Below the pieces are notes generated by a model. That model was not told the DNA's origin. It searched no databases and worked only from the letters and a program-made list of their open reading frames with translations. Position numbers and translations under genes: made by a program. Positions 1 to 9,415 of a DNA stretch of 64,000 nt are shown here, piece after piece (within the stretch, counting starts at the first letter, position 1; every line of letters starts with the position of its first letter). The DNA comes from a virus (Duplodnaviria > Heunggongvirae > Uroviricota > Caudoviricetes): IMG/VR virus record IMGVR_UViG_3300027710_000010, positions 181,763 to 245,762 of that record; one strand, given 5' to 3'.

Positions 1-182
1 CTAATACGTTCCGCACGTTCATAGAATTCTCTGCAATCTGTATCGCAGAACACTCCTTCAGTTACTGGTTCATCGCATGCCAAGCATAGTCCAGTTTTTT
101 CAGGAACCTTCATTCTCTTGGCTAACGCTTTGGCTCTAAGTGCTTCTTCTACTTCTTGTGCTTCATCTAACGCATCACTCAT
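1..182 (-). CDS. TraR/DksA-like C4 zinc-finger protein (3' end truncated by window edge)
   Basis: Not in the ORF track; translated by hand from ATG at 182 (AAGGA upstream): MSDALDEAQEVEEALRAKALAKRMKVPEKTGLCLACDEPVTEGVFCDTDCREFYERAERI. It has an N-terminal DxxDxA motif plus CxxC...CxxxC, as in F-plasmid TraR. Confidence 0.7.
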   Translation of the reverse strand, partial: MSDALDEAQEVEEALRAKALAKRMKVPEKTGLCLACDEPVTEGVFCDTDCREFYERAERI

Positions 183-193
183 ATCTTACTTCC

Positions 194-700
194 TTATAAT
201 ATCTTACTAACATCAATAATCTCGCTTTGTCTACTTATCTCCTTTACGAAATAAGCACACTCTGGCTTAGGTTCCATTGACAGTGGGGTTGCTAAAAGTT
301 GATTGTTTTTCATTTTAGGAAAATACCACTTGACATCATTGTAAAAATTTACAATTTCTATCTTGCGAAACTCTACTCTAAAACTACTTAGTGGATTAAA
401 AATTAATGCTTCAAATCCTCTATCATTTAAACTAGTTAGTGGCAAAACTTCTACATCGCATCCACTAGTACTATCCCCAACAGCAATACTCCAATCAATA
501 GGCATTGCTACTTCTTGATTGCCTATACGCAATACCATTGCGGGGCTGTTAAATGATTCTAAAAATATCAGAGGCATAAAAAAGAAGTCTGGTTCTTTTG
601 GATCACTGTTGTCCAATACTGCGAACCTCGTTCCTTCATCTACCTCGTCTGGTAGGTTGTTCAATGAGAACAACCTATTGTCTAATGTTAATATCTGCAT
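194..700 (-). CDS. Hypothetical protein (168 aa)
   Basis: Clean ORF with AAGGA SD, tightly packed downstream of the helicase; no recognisable motif. Confidence 0.75.
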   Translation of the reverse strand: MQILTLDNRLFSLNNLPDEVDEGTRFAVLDNSDPKEPDFFFMPLIFLESFNSPAMVLRIGNQEVAMPIDWSIAVGDSTSGCDVEVLPLTSLNDRGFEALIFNPLSSFRVEFRKIEIVNFYNDVKWYFPKMKNNQLLATPLSMEPKPECAYFVKEISRQSEIIDVSKIL

Positions 701-706
701 AAGTCC

Positions 707-2176
707 TTATTTTTGCCAATCCACTTTGTCTAATGTAAATGGGTATTTGGCTTCCTTGTAAAATTTCTTGCGTTGCGTAAGATGCCTCTTGGCGAATTTA
801 CAGGTGCTGGTGACGTCCCAAATTTGGACGAAGTCTTTGTCTTTGGCTTTTCTAATACCTCGCCCAATTGATTGTATAACGCGGACAAAGCTCTTTCCGG
901 GTTCCAAAAGAACCAGATTAAAAATCCTAGGGATATTAATACCAACAGCGGCCACACCATAAGTCGCCACAATAATCTTATTATCACTTGTTTTAATTTC
1001 GTCATACTCATCTTTCCTGTCTTTCGTTTTTACTTCGCCTGAGATGAACACTGCATCTTCTATTTCGTTGATTAAAAATTTGCCTGAATCAATTCTGTTT
1101 ACGAGAACTAATGTGTTGCCTGATTCACTGATTTGTTTTATTAATTTGCTTATGTACTGCATCCTGTCACTGTCTGTAACAAGATACTTTAATTCTTCTT
1201 GATATCCTTTGAATTCAGGAACATCTAACATTTGAACAATGTTTACATGACAGTTGCTTAGTACACCCATCTCTTGCAGTTCGTGTGCTTTGATGCCACC
1301 GACAACTGGCCCAATGCTGGCAAAGATACTTTCACTTTCAAAAGCTTCTTTAGGCACAGTACCAGTTAGCCCCCATCTAATACAGGCATTGCTCAAGTTT
1401 TTAGTAAGTAAATTCTTCAAAACTTCCGCTTTAGCCATGTGTACTTCGTCGACAATAACTGCCCTAACTCCATCCAAAAATTCTGCTAGTGTCAGCACAT
1501 CGTGTTCAAAGTTTTTACTTTTCTTCTCGAGAATGTTTAAACTTTGCCAAGTGCATATAGTATGTGTTTTACCCAAGTCTTTACGATCTCCGTAATAAAC
1601 ACCTACATCTAACCCAACGCTAATAAAATCTTCTTCAGTTTGTTCAACTAGACTCTTGTTAGGCACAATAGTAATTGTTCGACCATATTGTTCGCACAGT
1701 TGACTTAGTGTTGCTGTTGTAATTGTTTTACCTGCACCAGTAGCAATCTCTTGAAGTGCTTGTGGATTTTTTAAAAACGTGTTAACGGCTTCTACTTGAT
1801 AGTCACGTAACATGATAGGATTGCCTTCTTCAGGATGACCTTTGGGCCATACCTTACCTTGGTCAGCCCAGTAACTTTCAGTTACTGCATCAAATTTAAG
1901 TTTGACTGGTTCACGTAAGTCTTCAACATCACTGATCTCAATACCCATGTTAGCAAGTATCTCCATGATCTTTTCTAACTGACTTAGGTAGCCATTACCA
2001 CCAATGCCAAATAAACTATTGCATCCATCCCATCGACCTAACTTATATGCCGGGTGATATTTGGCAAATGGATTCTCATACTTAAATGTATTTGCCAACT
2101 TGCGTCGTGCTTCTAGCTCAAGTCCTTCTAACTTGATATTCACTTCGTCTTTAATTATTAATTTACACGATCGCAT
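707..2176 (-). CDS. uvsW: UvsW-like superfamily 2 DNA helicase
   Basis: LRDYQ Q-motif, Walker A ATGAGKT, DEVH, motif III GLTGT, motif VI QSIGRGIR; T4-like context. Confidence 0.9.
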   Translation of the reverse strand: MRSCKLIIKDEVNIKLEGLELEARRKLANTFKYENPFAKYHPAYKLGRWDGCNSLFGIGGNGYLSQLEKIMEILANMGIEISDVEDLREPVKLKFDAVTESYWADQGKVWPKGHPEEGNPIMLRDYQVEAVNTFLKNPQALQEIATGAGKTITTATLSQLCEQYGRTITIVPNKSLVEQTEEDFISVGLDVGVYYGDRKDLGKTHTICTWQSLNILEKKSKNFEHDVLTLAEFLDGVRAVIVDEVHMAKAEVLKNLLTKNLSNACIRWGLTGTVPKEAFESESIFASIGPVVGGIKAHELQEMGVLSNCHVNIVQMLDVPEFKGYQEELKYLVTDSDRMQYISKLIKQISESGNTLVLVNRIDSGKFLINEIEDAVFISGEVKTKDRKDEYDEIKTSDNKIIVATYGVAAVGINIPRIFNLVLLEPGKSFVRVIQSIGRGIRKAKDKDFVQIWDVTSTCKFAKRHLTQRKKFYKEAKYPFTLDKVDWQK

Positions 2177-3347
2177 CTACGGTTCCAATTACAGGCATTA
2201 CAGTATTATAGTATACAATCAAATCGCATTCATTGCAATAGACTGATGTTTTATTATTTCTAAGTTGGTTACTAAAGCTAATAACTGCTTTAGGATACCA
2301 ACTATTCTTTAAAAAGAACTTGGGAAGTTTGCCATTAGATATTACAGAAATTTTATTGTCAGCATCTAATTGCTTGTTGTAGCCAAATTCACTGACCAGT
2401 TTGTTAAACTCTTCGCCCTGACCTTCATTGTCGAATCTAAAATAAACACCCACATTGGGAGTTATTTGCATAGCATCAAGTGCGTTCTTAACCAAGGTTA
2501 AATTCTCTAAACAACTTTTAACATTGTATTCATCAAAAATAAACAGTACTGGCACACGCTTGAGTTGACGTATTGCCCTAGCTACGTCTTCTAGTTTATA
2601 GTCTACACTGTTAATAAAGATTTTATTATTTTTTCTAGTGGCAATTTTATTAACTAACGACTCATCTTTAACAATCCCGCTGGTAACATTGTACTGGAAT
2701 CTAAGTTTACGATCTTCTAATAACAGACTATTTTCAGTAGTACCAATGTCTTCTATCAACAAAGTTTTTAAAAAAGAATGATGTAATTCTTCTATGTTAA
2801 ACATTTTTTCATATTTGTCCTTGTCTATTAATGCAATCTCATCATACAAGGTTTGTACTTGCACTGACTTGTCAAAGTGAAACTTTTTCAATGCGTTGAC
2901 AAGTTTAAATAAATTCTTCTCAGTGAGTAAAAATCGATTGTGATGTCCGGAGACAACTCCGTAACTGCCATCTAAACTTTTTCCAAGTTCAGATAATATT
3001 TTCTTAACTTCTTTATTAAACGTGAATTCAATATCAATTAAGGGAGTGTTATCCTCACCTTTAACTATGTTGATTCGTTTAATCACGCTTACTGTTTTAA
3101 ATTGCTTGGACCATGATGGAATTTTAAGACTTGGTATCAAGTCGTGTCCAATAAAATTTAATGACTCAAGATTTTCTTGTAGAATTTTAATCAGCAAGCG
3201 CCCTTGTGACTCAGTAATGAAACTGGGTATTTTGATTAGCCTAGACAGATTTTTCAATATGCGACGATCTCGAACTGGAATGGCCGCACTAAGATTTTCA
3301 AATCCGTTTGCTTCAATTTTAATTAAAAGTTGATCAATGGTTAACAT
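2163..3347 (-). CDS. Hypothetical protein (~394 aa; likely start ATG 3347, MLTIDQLL)
   Basis: Long ORF overlapping the uvsW start. The track start at 3386 lies upstream of a consensus promoter, so ATG 3347 is preferred. Confidence 0.75.
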   Translation of the reverse strand: MLTIDQLLIKIEANGFENLSAAIPVRDRRILKNLSRLIKIPSFITESQGRLLIKILQENLESLNFIGHDLIPSLKIPSWSKQFKTVSVIKRINIVKGEDNTPLIDIEFTFNKEVKKILSELGKSLDGSYGVVSGHHNRFLLTEKNLFKLVNALKKFHFDKSVQVQTLYDEIALIDKDKYEKMFNIEELHHSFLKTLLIEDIGTTENSLLLEDRKLRFQYNVTSGIVKDESLVNKIATRKNNKIFINSVDYKLEDVARAIRQLKRVPVLFIFDEYNVKSCLENLTLVKNALDAMQITPNVGVYFRFDNEGQGEEFNKLVSEFGYNKQLDADNKISVISNGKLPKFFLKNSWYPKAVISFSNQLRNNKTSVYCNECDLIVYYNTVMPVIGTVDAIV

Positions 3348-3353
3348 ATGGTA

Positions 3354-3382
3354 ATTATATACTACTTGACAACATATGTCAA
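3354..3382 (-). promoter_or_regulatory. Consensus sigma70-type (early) promoter
   Basis: Minus strand TTGACA (3382-3377), 17-nt spacer, TATAAT (3359-3354), then 6 nt to ATG 3347. Confidence 0.8.
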
Positions 3383-3446
3383 GCATTGTTTATAATTTAA
3401 TTGCGTGTGAGGCAGATAAGTAATATTAGTATTTAATGAGGGAACC

Positions 3447-4259
3447 ATGCCAAAATACGCAGTTGTAACAACTTTCCATGCCAAAGGCTACGAGCAATAT
3501 GCTCAAAAATTTATACAGTCATTTATTAAAAACTGGCCTGAAGAAATCCAATTATATTTGTATACGGAGGATTGTGTAGTTGCAGAGTCGGCTCCTAATA
3601 TTATAGTTAGGGACTTGCATCAATCAAGTACAGATCTAGTCAACTTTAAAACTAAATGGAAAAATGACCCTAAAGCAAATGGTGACATATCCGGAGTTCC
3701 CAGATTAGCTGCCAGGAAAGATAGCCACAAACCATTTAAATGGGATGCCATTAGATTTGCTCATAAAGTCTATAGCATTTTTCATTGTGCTAAAAATTGT
3801 GATGCGGATATATTAATTTGGATGGATGCAGATATGATTTGCCATAGTCCAATAGAGTTTGATACTGTATGTAAATTAATGCCAACTGATAAAGACTTGT
3901 GTTACTTGGGTCGTGAAGGTAAGTTTAGTGAATGCGGATTATACTCTATGAACTTAAAGTCCCCTATGATAAAAACGTTTTTACAAGAGTTTCAAAAAAT
4001 GTATGACCAAGCAGAGACTGGTATATTTTATTTAGAAGAGTGGCATGATAGTTTTGTATTTGATGCTGTAAGAATTAAGATGCCGTTTTTAACGCACATC
4101 AATTGGAGTGCTGGTCTAATTAAAGGCGAAGGGCATCCTTTAATTAATAGTGTATGGGGTGCATACTTAGATCACCTTAAAGGCGAACGTAAGGGTGAAG
4201 GCAAAAGTCGAAGCAAAGATTTAATAGTTAAACGAAACGAAGCGTACTGGACTACTTAA
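3447..4259 (+). CDS. GT-A fold glycosyltransferase-like protein
   Basis: ILIWMDADMICH (DxD after a hydrophobic strand), WHD and DHLKG segments; GAGGG SD; TAAGTA upstream near 3417-3422. Confidence 0.7.
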   Translation: MPKYAVVTTFHAKGYEQYAQKFIQSFIKNWPEEIQLYLYTEDCVVAESAPNIIVRDLHQSSTDLVNFKTKWKNDPKANGDISGVPRLAARKDSHKPFKWDAIRFAHKVYSIFHCAKNCDADILIWMDADMICHSPIEFDTVCKLMPTDKDLCYLGREGKFSECGLYSMNLKSPMIKTFLQEFQKMYDQAETGIFYLEEWHDSFVFDAVRIKMPFLTHINWSAGLIKGEGHPLINSVWGAYLDHLKGERKGEGKSRSKDLIVKRNEAYWTT

Positions 4260-5163
4260 CAGCCCATTGTTTCATATGTTGCCACACGTTGCCAGATGAC
4301 ATATCTTCAAAGTTCCAATGGCATTGTGCTATATTTTGTATCCACTGTGTTCGATCAAACTCTTTAGGATTTTCTAAAAATTCTAAAGACGTATGACTAA
4401 CTGGTGTTGCTTGACTACGCACCGGATCTAGAACAAACGTAGGTACTCCCTCGATCGCACTAGCAACACCTGGGCTAGAATTAAAAGTAACACATGCTTT
4501 TGCCTTCGATAAGTCTTCTAATAGCGATACATTAGTACTAGGGATGCCACCAAATTTTATTAAGTTCGACACAACATTTCCACTAAACCTATCTCCAGGA
4601 TGACCTCGAACAACTATAGGTGTTGACGTTATTGCTTTGATTTGTTTTATTGTTTGCTTGGCCCAAGTTTCTACATCGACTTTGCCCATGCTCCACCCGC
4701 CACTGCGTTGAAGGCACAATAAAATATAGTCCCCTGTAGTCTTCCAAGGCTGCAAATCAAACTTTAATTCTTTCTTAATGTTGTTCCAATTAGTGTCCAA
4801 AGAATTAGTATTACAGTATTCACCTGTGTTAGGAAACACGCCGTCATAACTAAATCTAAGATATGTATTAGCATCATTTCTATATAAAAATAAATTGCTA
4901 TCTATAATAATAGTTCTTTTATTTCTAGATTTTTGAAATTCTATAACGTCACGTCGCAATTTTAAATGGGGAGTATTCCTGCTTTTCTCATGAACAAATC
5001 CCTGTAACACTGCTACATCACATTCTACTGGGCCACCTGACGAAACTACAATGCCCTCATCACCAACTTTGTTAACTCCTGCAATGAAGTCAGTTAGCAT
5101 TTTGGGTTTGTCTAAATTCTTATTTGCATAAGGGATGCCATTAAGATACGAAACTACTTTCAT
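4252..5163 (-). CDS. GT-B-like protein resembling capsule-synthesis (KpsS/KpsC-type) glycosyltransferases
   Basis: IVVRGHP and VTFNSSPGVASAIEGVPTF motifs, typical of the C-terminal Rossmann domain of this group. Confidence 0.55.
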   Translation of the reverse strand: MKVVSYLNGIPYANKNLDKPKMLTDFIAGVNKVGDEGIVVSSGGPVECDVAVLQGFVHEKSRNTPHLKLRRDVIEFQKSRNKRTIIIDSNLFLYRNDANTYLRFSYDGVFPNTGEYCNTNSLDTNWNNIKKELKFDLQPWKTTGDYILLCLQRSGGWSMGKVDVETWAKQTIKQIKAITSTPIVVRGHPGDRFSGNVVSNLIKFGGIPSTNVSLLEDLSKAKACVTFNSSPGVASAIEGVPTFVLDPVRSQATPVSHTSLEFLENPKEFDRTQWIQNIAQCHWNFEDMSSGNVWQHMKQWAVK

Positions 5164-6135
5164 TCATCTGCCTTCATTTACAACACCCCATGCATATCCG
5201 CTCTTAAACTCGTCTAGTGTAAATTGACAATAAGACAAGTGTGCTACTAATGCTTCTAGCTCATCTCTAGATGGTATATATGGAGTTTCGATCTTAGAAA
5301 GATCATGCAAGCATAAGCTGTGTGCCGCGTTCAATCCCATGGTAAATGCGGGCTTACCTAACATTAATGCTTCTGTTGCCGCAATACTATTATATGTTAC
5401 TAAACAGTGTACATCATCAGCCAGTGCATCAGCAATCGTTTTATTTGATATTCTTTCTTTTCTAATAGGCTTTAGTCTAATTTCAATAGGCCTATCAGTA
5501 TGTTTTTTAATAGTTTCTACAGTAGTGTTAAGCCACTCATCTAAATCCATTCCGTATAACATCATAATTTTATCTGACGGTGGGCAAATTAGAATTTTAC
5601 GTCCTGGGTGAAACTTCATAAACTTCCAATTCGTTGGACTTACACGATCCCACGGACGTTCAATAATAGGACCAATGTTTTGTAAATTGTTTTTAGTTGC
5701 TCTATGGTATACTTTTACTTTAGTGTTGTTTCCAAAGTACCCAGTATCTATTGCGTAGAATGTTCTGTTAGTTTCCCAACAGTGTTTGATAGCGTTCCTA
5801 CTCGACCCGCCGACGCCTCTTATTACCAAAGGCAATGTTGTGTTTTCTTCAATGGACCATTTACTAATGTGTCCGTTCGTACCTGCCATAAAATATTCTA
5901 ACACTTCATCAAACTTGCCACCGTGTTTAAATTTTGTTACATCTGATTCTATGGCTGCTATTTTATCTTCTTTCATAATGTTTTCCAACTGAGTTATTAT
6001 TTGTTCCTTAGTGACACTGTAGTATGTGTTTCGTGGGTCTATAATAAATTTGCTCAAGTCAGAGAATAATTTTTTATAAGGCCCTTCATATACATGAATA
6101 TTAGGCTCGTCGTTTGATTCAGGTAACTCAGTCAT
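5164..6135 (-). CDS. GT-B-like protein, paralog of 4252..5163
   Basis: IEIRLKP and LVTYNSIAATEALMLGKPAF, plus a C-terminal YCQFTLDEFKSGYAW matching QCHWNFEDMSSGNVW in the neighbour. Confidence 0.55.
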   Translation of the reverse strand: MTELPESNDEPNIHVYEGPYKKLFSDLSKFIIDPRNTYYSVTKEQIITQLENIMKEDKIAAIESDVTKFKHGGKFDEVLEYFMAGTNGHISKWSIEENTTLPLVIRGVGGSSRNAIKHCWETNRTFYAIDTGYFGNNTKVKVYHRATKNNLQNIGPIIERPWDRVSPTNWKFMKFHPGRKILICPPSDKIMMLYGMDLDEWLNTTVETIKKHTDRPIEIRLKPIRKERISNKTIADALADDVHCLVTYNSIAATEALMLGKPAFTMGLNAAHSLCLHDLSKIETPYIPSRDELEALVAHLSYCQFTLDEFKSGYAWGVVNEGR

Positions 6136-6808
6136 AAGTACGTTGCAAACAATATTCTGTTAGGATTCTTTCCTTATGCCATTCGCCGCCTTGTGGGGTA
6201 TCTGAAAACTCAGTAAAGCAAGGAGTACCTAATGTGTAATGTAATAATTTAGCATCTGGGTTTGGCCCAAACTCGTCTGGTAACCAATTCCACTCTATGG
6301 GAAGTTCTCCTACACGTGAATCATCAAGCCAAGTAAACCTATGCAGTTCTGCGCCCGTTGCTTTTTCAATAAACTCAGGCGTAAGTTTTCGATTAGGAAA
6401 GCTACTACAGTTCCATAAAATTACACTAGACCAATTTTTACGTGGATAATCTTCGTTTTTTGATCCAAGATATTTAACAGGCATCTTTGTTTTGTAATCA
6501 TGCTTGACCACTAGCACATCGTTGTAGGGATTTTGTAGTTCCCACAACTTGGTTATATCATCTCGAACAATCATATCACCATCGATGAATATTGCCCAAC
6601 CTGTGAAGTGCATTAGATGTGGAACTAAAAATCGACTGTATATAAACTGATTACTACCGTCAGTATGTGTTTCTTTATAATCTTTAAACAGATTCAGTGC
6701 TAACGGAATAATTTGAACTGGCTGACTGGCATGCCTAATAATACTGTTAACACAAGTGTGAAATGCTATTGCTTCACGTGGGTCGTACCCAATAAACACT
6801 GGAATCAT
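6128..6808 (-). CDS. GT8-like glycosyltransferase
   Basis: VFIGYDPRE, SRFLVP, AIFIDGDM (DxD), RKNWSS, LPIEWNWL, LLHYTLGTP. Confidence 0.8.
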   Translation of the reverse strand: MIPVFIGYDPREAIAFHTCVNSIIRHASQPVQIIPLALNLFKDYKETHTDGSNQFIYSRFLVPHLMHFTGWAIFIDGDMIVRDDITKLWELQNPYNDVLVVKHDYKTKMPVKYLGSKNEDYPRKNWSSVILWNCSSFPNRKLTPEFIEKATGAELHRFTWLDDSRVGELPIEWNWLPDEFGPNPDAKLLHYTLGTPCFTEFSDTPQGGEWHKERILTEYCLQRTYD

Positions 6809-7572
6809 TTTCTTTCTATGTCCTCTTCAATACAGTTTTTGCCATACTGTATTTCTACAAGTTTGCATGGCACATCGTAAGGATTTGTTAGTTGGTGCCA
6901 CTCACCAACCGGTACCTTATATTCTAAATGCTCTTTCAACATTGTTGGTGGCAGGGCATATCCACCTGGCATCATGCTATTAACAATACAAGCGCCGTGG
7001 GTCACTAGCCAATATTCTGCACGTAACGCATGACGTTGCATACTTAAACTCTCGCCTGGGTCAACTGTTAGTTCTTTAACTTTGCATCCAGGAACTTCAT
7101 GTAGTACACGATAATAGCCCCACGGTCTTTCAGTTTTAGGTGACTTCCATTCTTCAAGTATCCAACTACTTGAATTGGCTTTATCTTCACCACCTACTCC
7201 AAATACAAAACTTAATCTGGGATCTTGTATTTCCATTTCTGGAATATTTTTATCCGTACGATCGCCACCATTAGCAAAAATGATTTCGTCGTTAGGAAAC
7301 AACTCAAGTGTTTCTTTAATAAAGTGTTTGGCACTGCCATCAAGATCGGCAGCATTGTCAAAGAACGCCACTTGGTCTACAAATTTTAAAGCCTGCACTA
7401 ATGGTACACGTTCCCATATAGGCATGAAGGGTCTACCCTTTTTTCGAGTAAGCCAAGCGTCTGAGTTGATGCCAACAACTAGCCAGTCGCCTAGTTCTCT
7501 AGCGGCTTTTAAATATTTAAGATGTCCGGAGTGTAGCGGATCAAATCCGCCAGTAACTATAACTATTTTCAT
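6805..7572 (-). CDS. Cytidylyltransferase-like (RfaE/TagD family) domain fused to a mannose-6-phosphate-isomerase-type cupin
   Basis: TGGFDPLHSGH (HxGH), FANGGDR; C-terminal ERPWGYY, SLSMQRH, VEIQYG, EEDIER. Start at the second Met (7572) is preferred from promoter spacing. Confidence 0.85.
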   Translation of the reverse strand: MKIVIVTGGFDPLHSGHLKYLKAARELGDWLVVGINSDAWLTRKKGRPFMPIWERVPLVQALKFVDQVAFFDNAADLDGSAKHFIKETLELFPNDEIIFANGGDRTDKNIPEMEIQDPRLSFVFGVGGEDKANSSSWILEEWKSPKTERPWGYYRVLHEVPGCKVKELTVDPGESLSMQRHALRAEYWLVTHGACIVNSMMPGGYALPPTMLKEHLEYKVPVGEWHQLTNPYDVPCKLVEIQYGKNCIEEDIERK

Positions 7573-7577
7573 AGTCA

Positions 7578-7585
7578 TATTTATA
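7578..7585 (-). promoter_or_regulatory. T4-type late promoter TATAAATA
   Basis: Exact TATAAATA on the minus strand, 5 nt upstream of ATG 7572. Confidence 0.7.
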
Positions 7586-7604
7586 TGCTTACATTATGGC
7601 TGTA

Positions 7605-8057
7605 TTAAAGAGTGGCGTCTTCCATACCTGCTGTACGCAATTTGATAACATTAGATAACTGCCACTGTTTAACATCTAATGCTTTGGTAATGCCCAACCA
7701 TTTGTTTCTTAGCAGGGCAAATTCGTTGATAATTTTTTCAAAGTCTACAACATCACTCTCACCGTCGACATATTTTTCAACATCTCGACTGGTAAGAGCC
7801 CGTTGATAATTTTCTAGATATTTACGAAAATGTTGACTACGCAGACGACGTAATTCAATATTTAGGTACTCAAGGATAGCTTCAATTTCTTGAAGTTGAT
7901 TAAATCGTTGTTCCACGATACCGGGCATACTGGCTGCTGCCTTTTCTATATTTCCCGTTATACGAGCATCATTTTTTGCAGCCAATAATTCGGCATTGTA
8001 GTAGTCCACAGCATCAGGGATGAACGATATATCTTTACTAACCTTGTTATACCACAT
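7605..8057 (-). CDS. uvsY: UvsY-like recombination mediator
   Basis: Helical 150-aa protein with DVEKYVDGE and KQWQLSNVIKLRTAG at the C-terminus, next to uvsX. Confidence 0.7.
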   Translation of the reverse strand: MWYNKVSKDISFIPDAVDYYNAELLAAKNDARITGNIEKAAASMPGIVEQRFNQLQEIEAILEYLNIELRRLRSQHFRKYLENYQRALTSRDVEKYVDGESDVVDFEKIINEFALLRNKWLGITKALDVKQWQLSNVIKLRTAGMEDATL

Positions 8058-8059
8058 AC

Positions 8060-8305
8060 TTAATAGTCTTCTTCTTCGTCGTCGTAATCTTCATATTCTG
8101 GTTCTTCGTCGACATCATCTTCTAAGTAATATTCGATAGCGTGATCCAGATCTGCATCTGAACCACGAGCATTTTCTAATACTTTATCTTTGATGCCGTA
8201 ATCAGCAAGTAGATCAACATATTTTTCTGCGATTACTGCAACTTCTTTTTTGTCGATATACTCTTTAAACAATAACCAAATGTCGGAAATTTGATTGTCA
8301 GTCAT
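8060..8305 (-). CDS. Small acidic hypothetical protein
   Basis: Overlaps the uvsX stop, GGAG SD, very acidic tail. Confidence 0.7.
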   Translation of the reverse strand: MTDNQISDIWLLFKEYIDKKEVAVIAEKYVDLLADYGIKDKVLENARGSDADLDHAIEYYLEDDVDEEPEYEDYDDEEEDY

Positions 8306-9365
8306 TTACCACTGTCTCCTCTTCGATAACATTTTCTTGTGGTCTAATATTTGCGAAGTCTGTCATCACTTTGTCAAGACAACCGTCTTCGTTTCTTTCC
8401 CACTCCTTGCGATAGTATTTAAGTATTTCACCATCAGAAGTAGTAAAGCTAAGTCTGTTGCCATCCTTCTTCAACAAGTTTTTGCCTTCAGCTAGGTCAG
8501 TCAACCCACTGTAAGGATTCATACCTGTTTCATATGGAATCTTAACTTGGACGCTTTCAAAAGGTTTAGCATAACGTGTCTTCATGATCTTACATGCGGC
8601 ACGAATACCTTGTACTGTACTTGTTTTGCCGCCGTCTTCGTCTTCTTTCAACTTCAATTTCTTCATAGCAACTACGATAGAACTTGCGTAAACGAAACCT
8701 TGTCCGCCACTAATCTTGTCATCTGGATCAAACATATCTTGCGATGCGTATGTGTGATTAGTACAAACTAATCCAACATTGTACTGTCCAATCATATTCA
8801 CAGTATTGCGTACAAGACTGGTAAGTGCTTTAGGCTTACGACCCATGTCACCTTTCATGTCACCTGCTTCAAACTGGTTAACGTCTGTTGGTGTTAACAA
8901 CATACCCAACGAGTCGATCACAAACAATACTTTTGGACGAATTGCTTCATCCATTACTTTGTATTCTTTCATGAACTCTGAAATAGTTTTTGCCACGTCA
9001 TCAATCATAGCCATGTTAAGTTTCAACAACTTTTCTTCGCTAGTATCGACGCCAAGATCCTTCAACCATTTCTCATCAAGTGCGTTTTCGCTATCCACCA
9101 AAACAACATAGATACCTTGTTTCTGTGCATTTCGAATTAAGTTACCTGAACAAATAAACGACTTGCCAGCGCCCGACTCGCCTGCAAATACAGTTACCTT
9201 GCCCAAAGGAATACCTTTGTGCCAGTCACCGCTGATTAGGTAGTTAAGTGCATAGTTACCTGTGCTAACCCAATCTGTTGGATCATTAAATCCAACACCA
9301 AGTCCGTCGATAGACTTAGTTAATGTTTTTCTAAATTTTGATAAATCAAAGGCTTTTGTAGCCAT
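8298..9365 (-). CDS. uvsX: UvsX/RecA-like recombinase
   Basis: Walker A GESGAGKS, DSENALD, VIDSLG, TNHTY, SGGQG; AAGGAG SD. Confidence 0.93.
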   Translation of the reverse strand: MATKAFDLSKFRKTLTKSIDGLGVGFNDPTDWVSTGNYALNYLISGDWHKGIPLGKVTVFAGESGAGKSFICSGNLIRNAQKQGIYVVLVDSENALDEKWLKDLGVDTSEEKLLKLNMAMIDDVAKTISEFMKEYKVMDEAIRPKVLFVIDSLGMLLTPTDVNQFEAGDMKGDMGRKPKALTSLVRNTVNMIGQYNVGLVCTNHTYASQDMFDPDDKISGGQGFVYASSIVVAMKKLKLKEDEDGGKTSTVQGIRAACKIMKTRYAKPFESVQVKIPYETGMNPYSGLTDLAEGKNLLKKDGNRLSFTTSDGEILKYYRKEWERNEDGCLDKVMTDFANIRPQENVIEEETVVND

Positions 9366-9391
9366 AAGTGTTCTCCTTGTACTGTAGTTAG

Positions 9392-9413
9392 TAAGGGGGA
9401 CTGAGCCCCCTTA
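9392..9413 (-). terminator. GC hairpin directly after gp32 (terminator or processing site)
   Basis: TAAGGGGG-ACTGAG-CCCCCTTA inverted repeat; the U-tail is weak. Confidence 0.45.
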
Positions 9414-9415
9414 AA

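Noticed and set aside
194-700. Possible Hint/intein-like fold for the beta-rich 168-aa protein
   Set aside because: No N-terminal Cys/Ser or C-terminal His-Asn; cannot be supported without a structure search.
3348-3386. N-terminal MLDICCQVVYNYH of the 407-aa ORF
   Set aside because: It is the translation of the promoter sequence itself; ATG 3347 is the better start.
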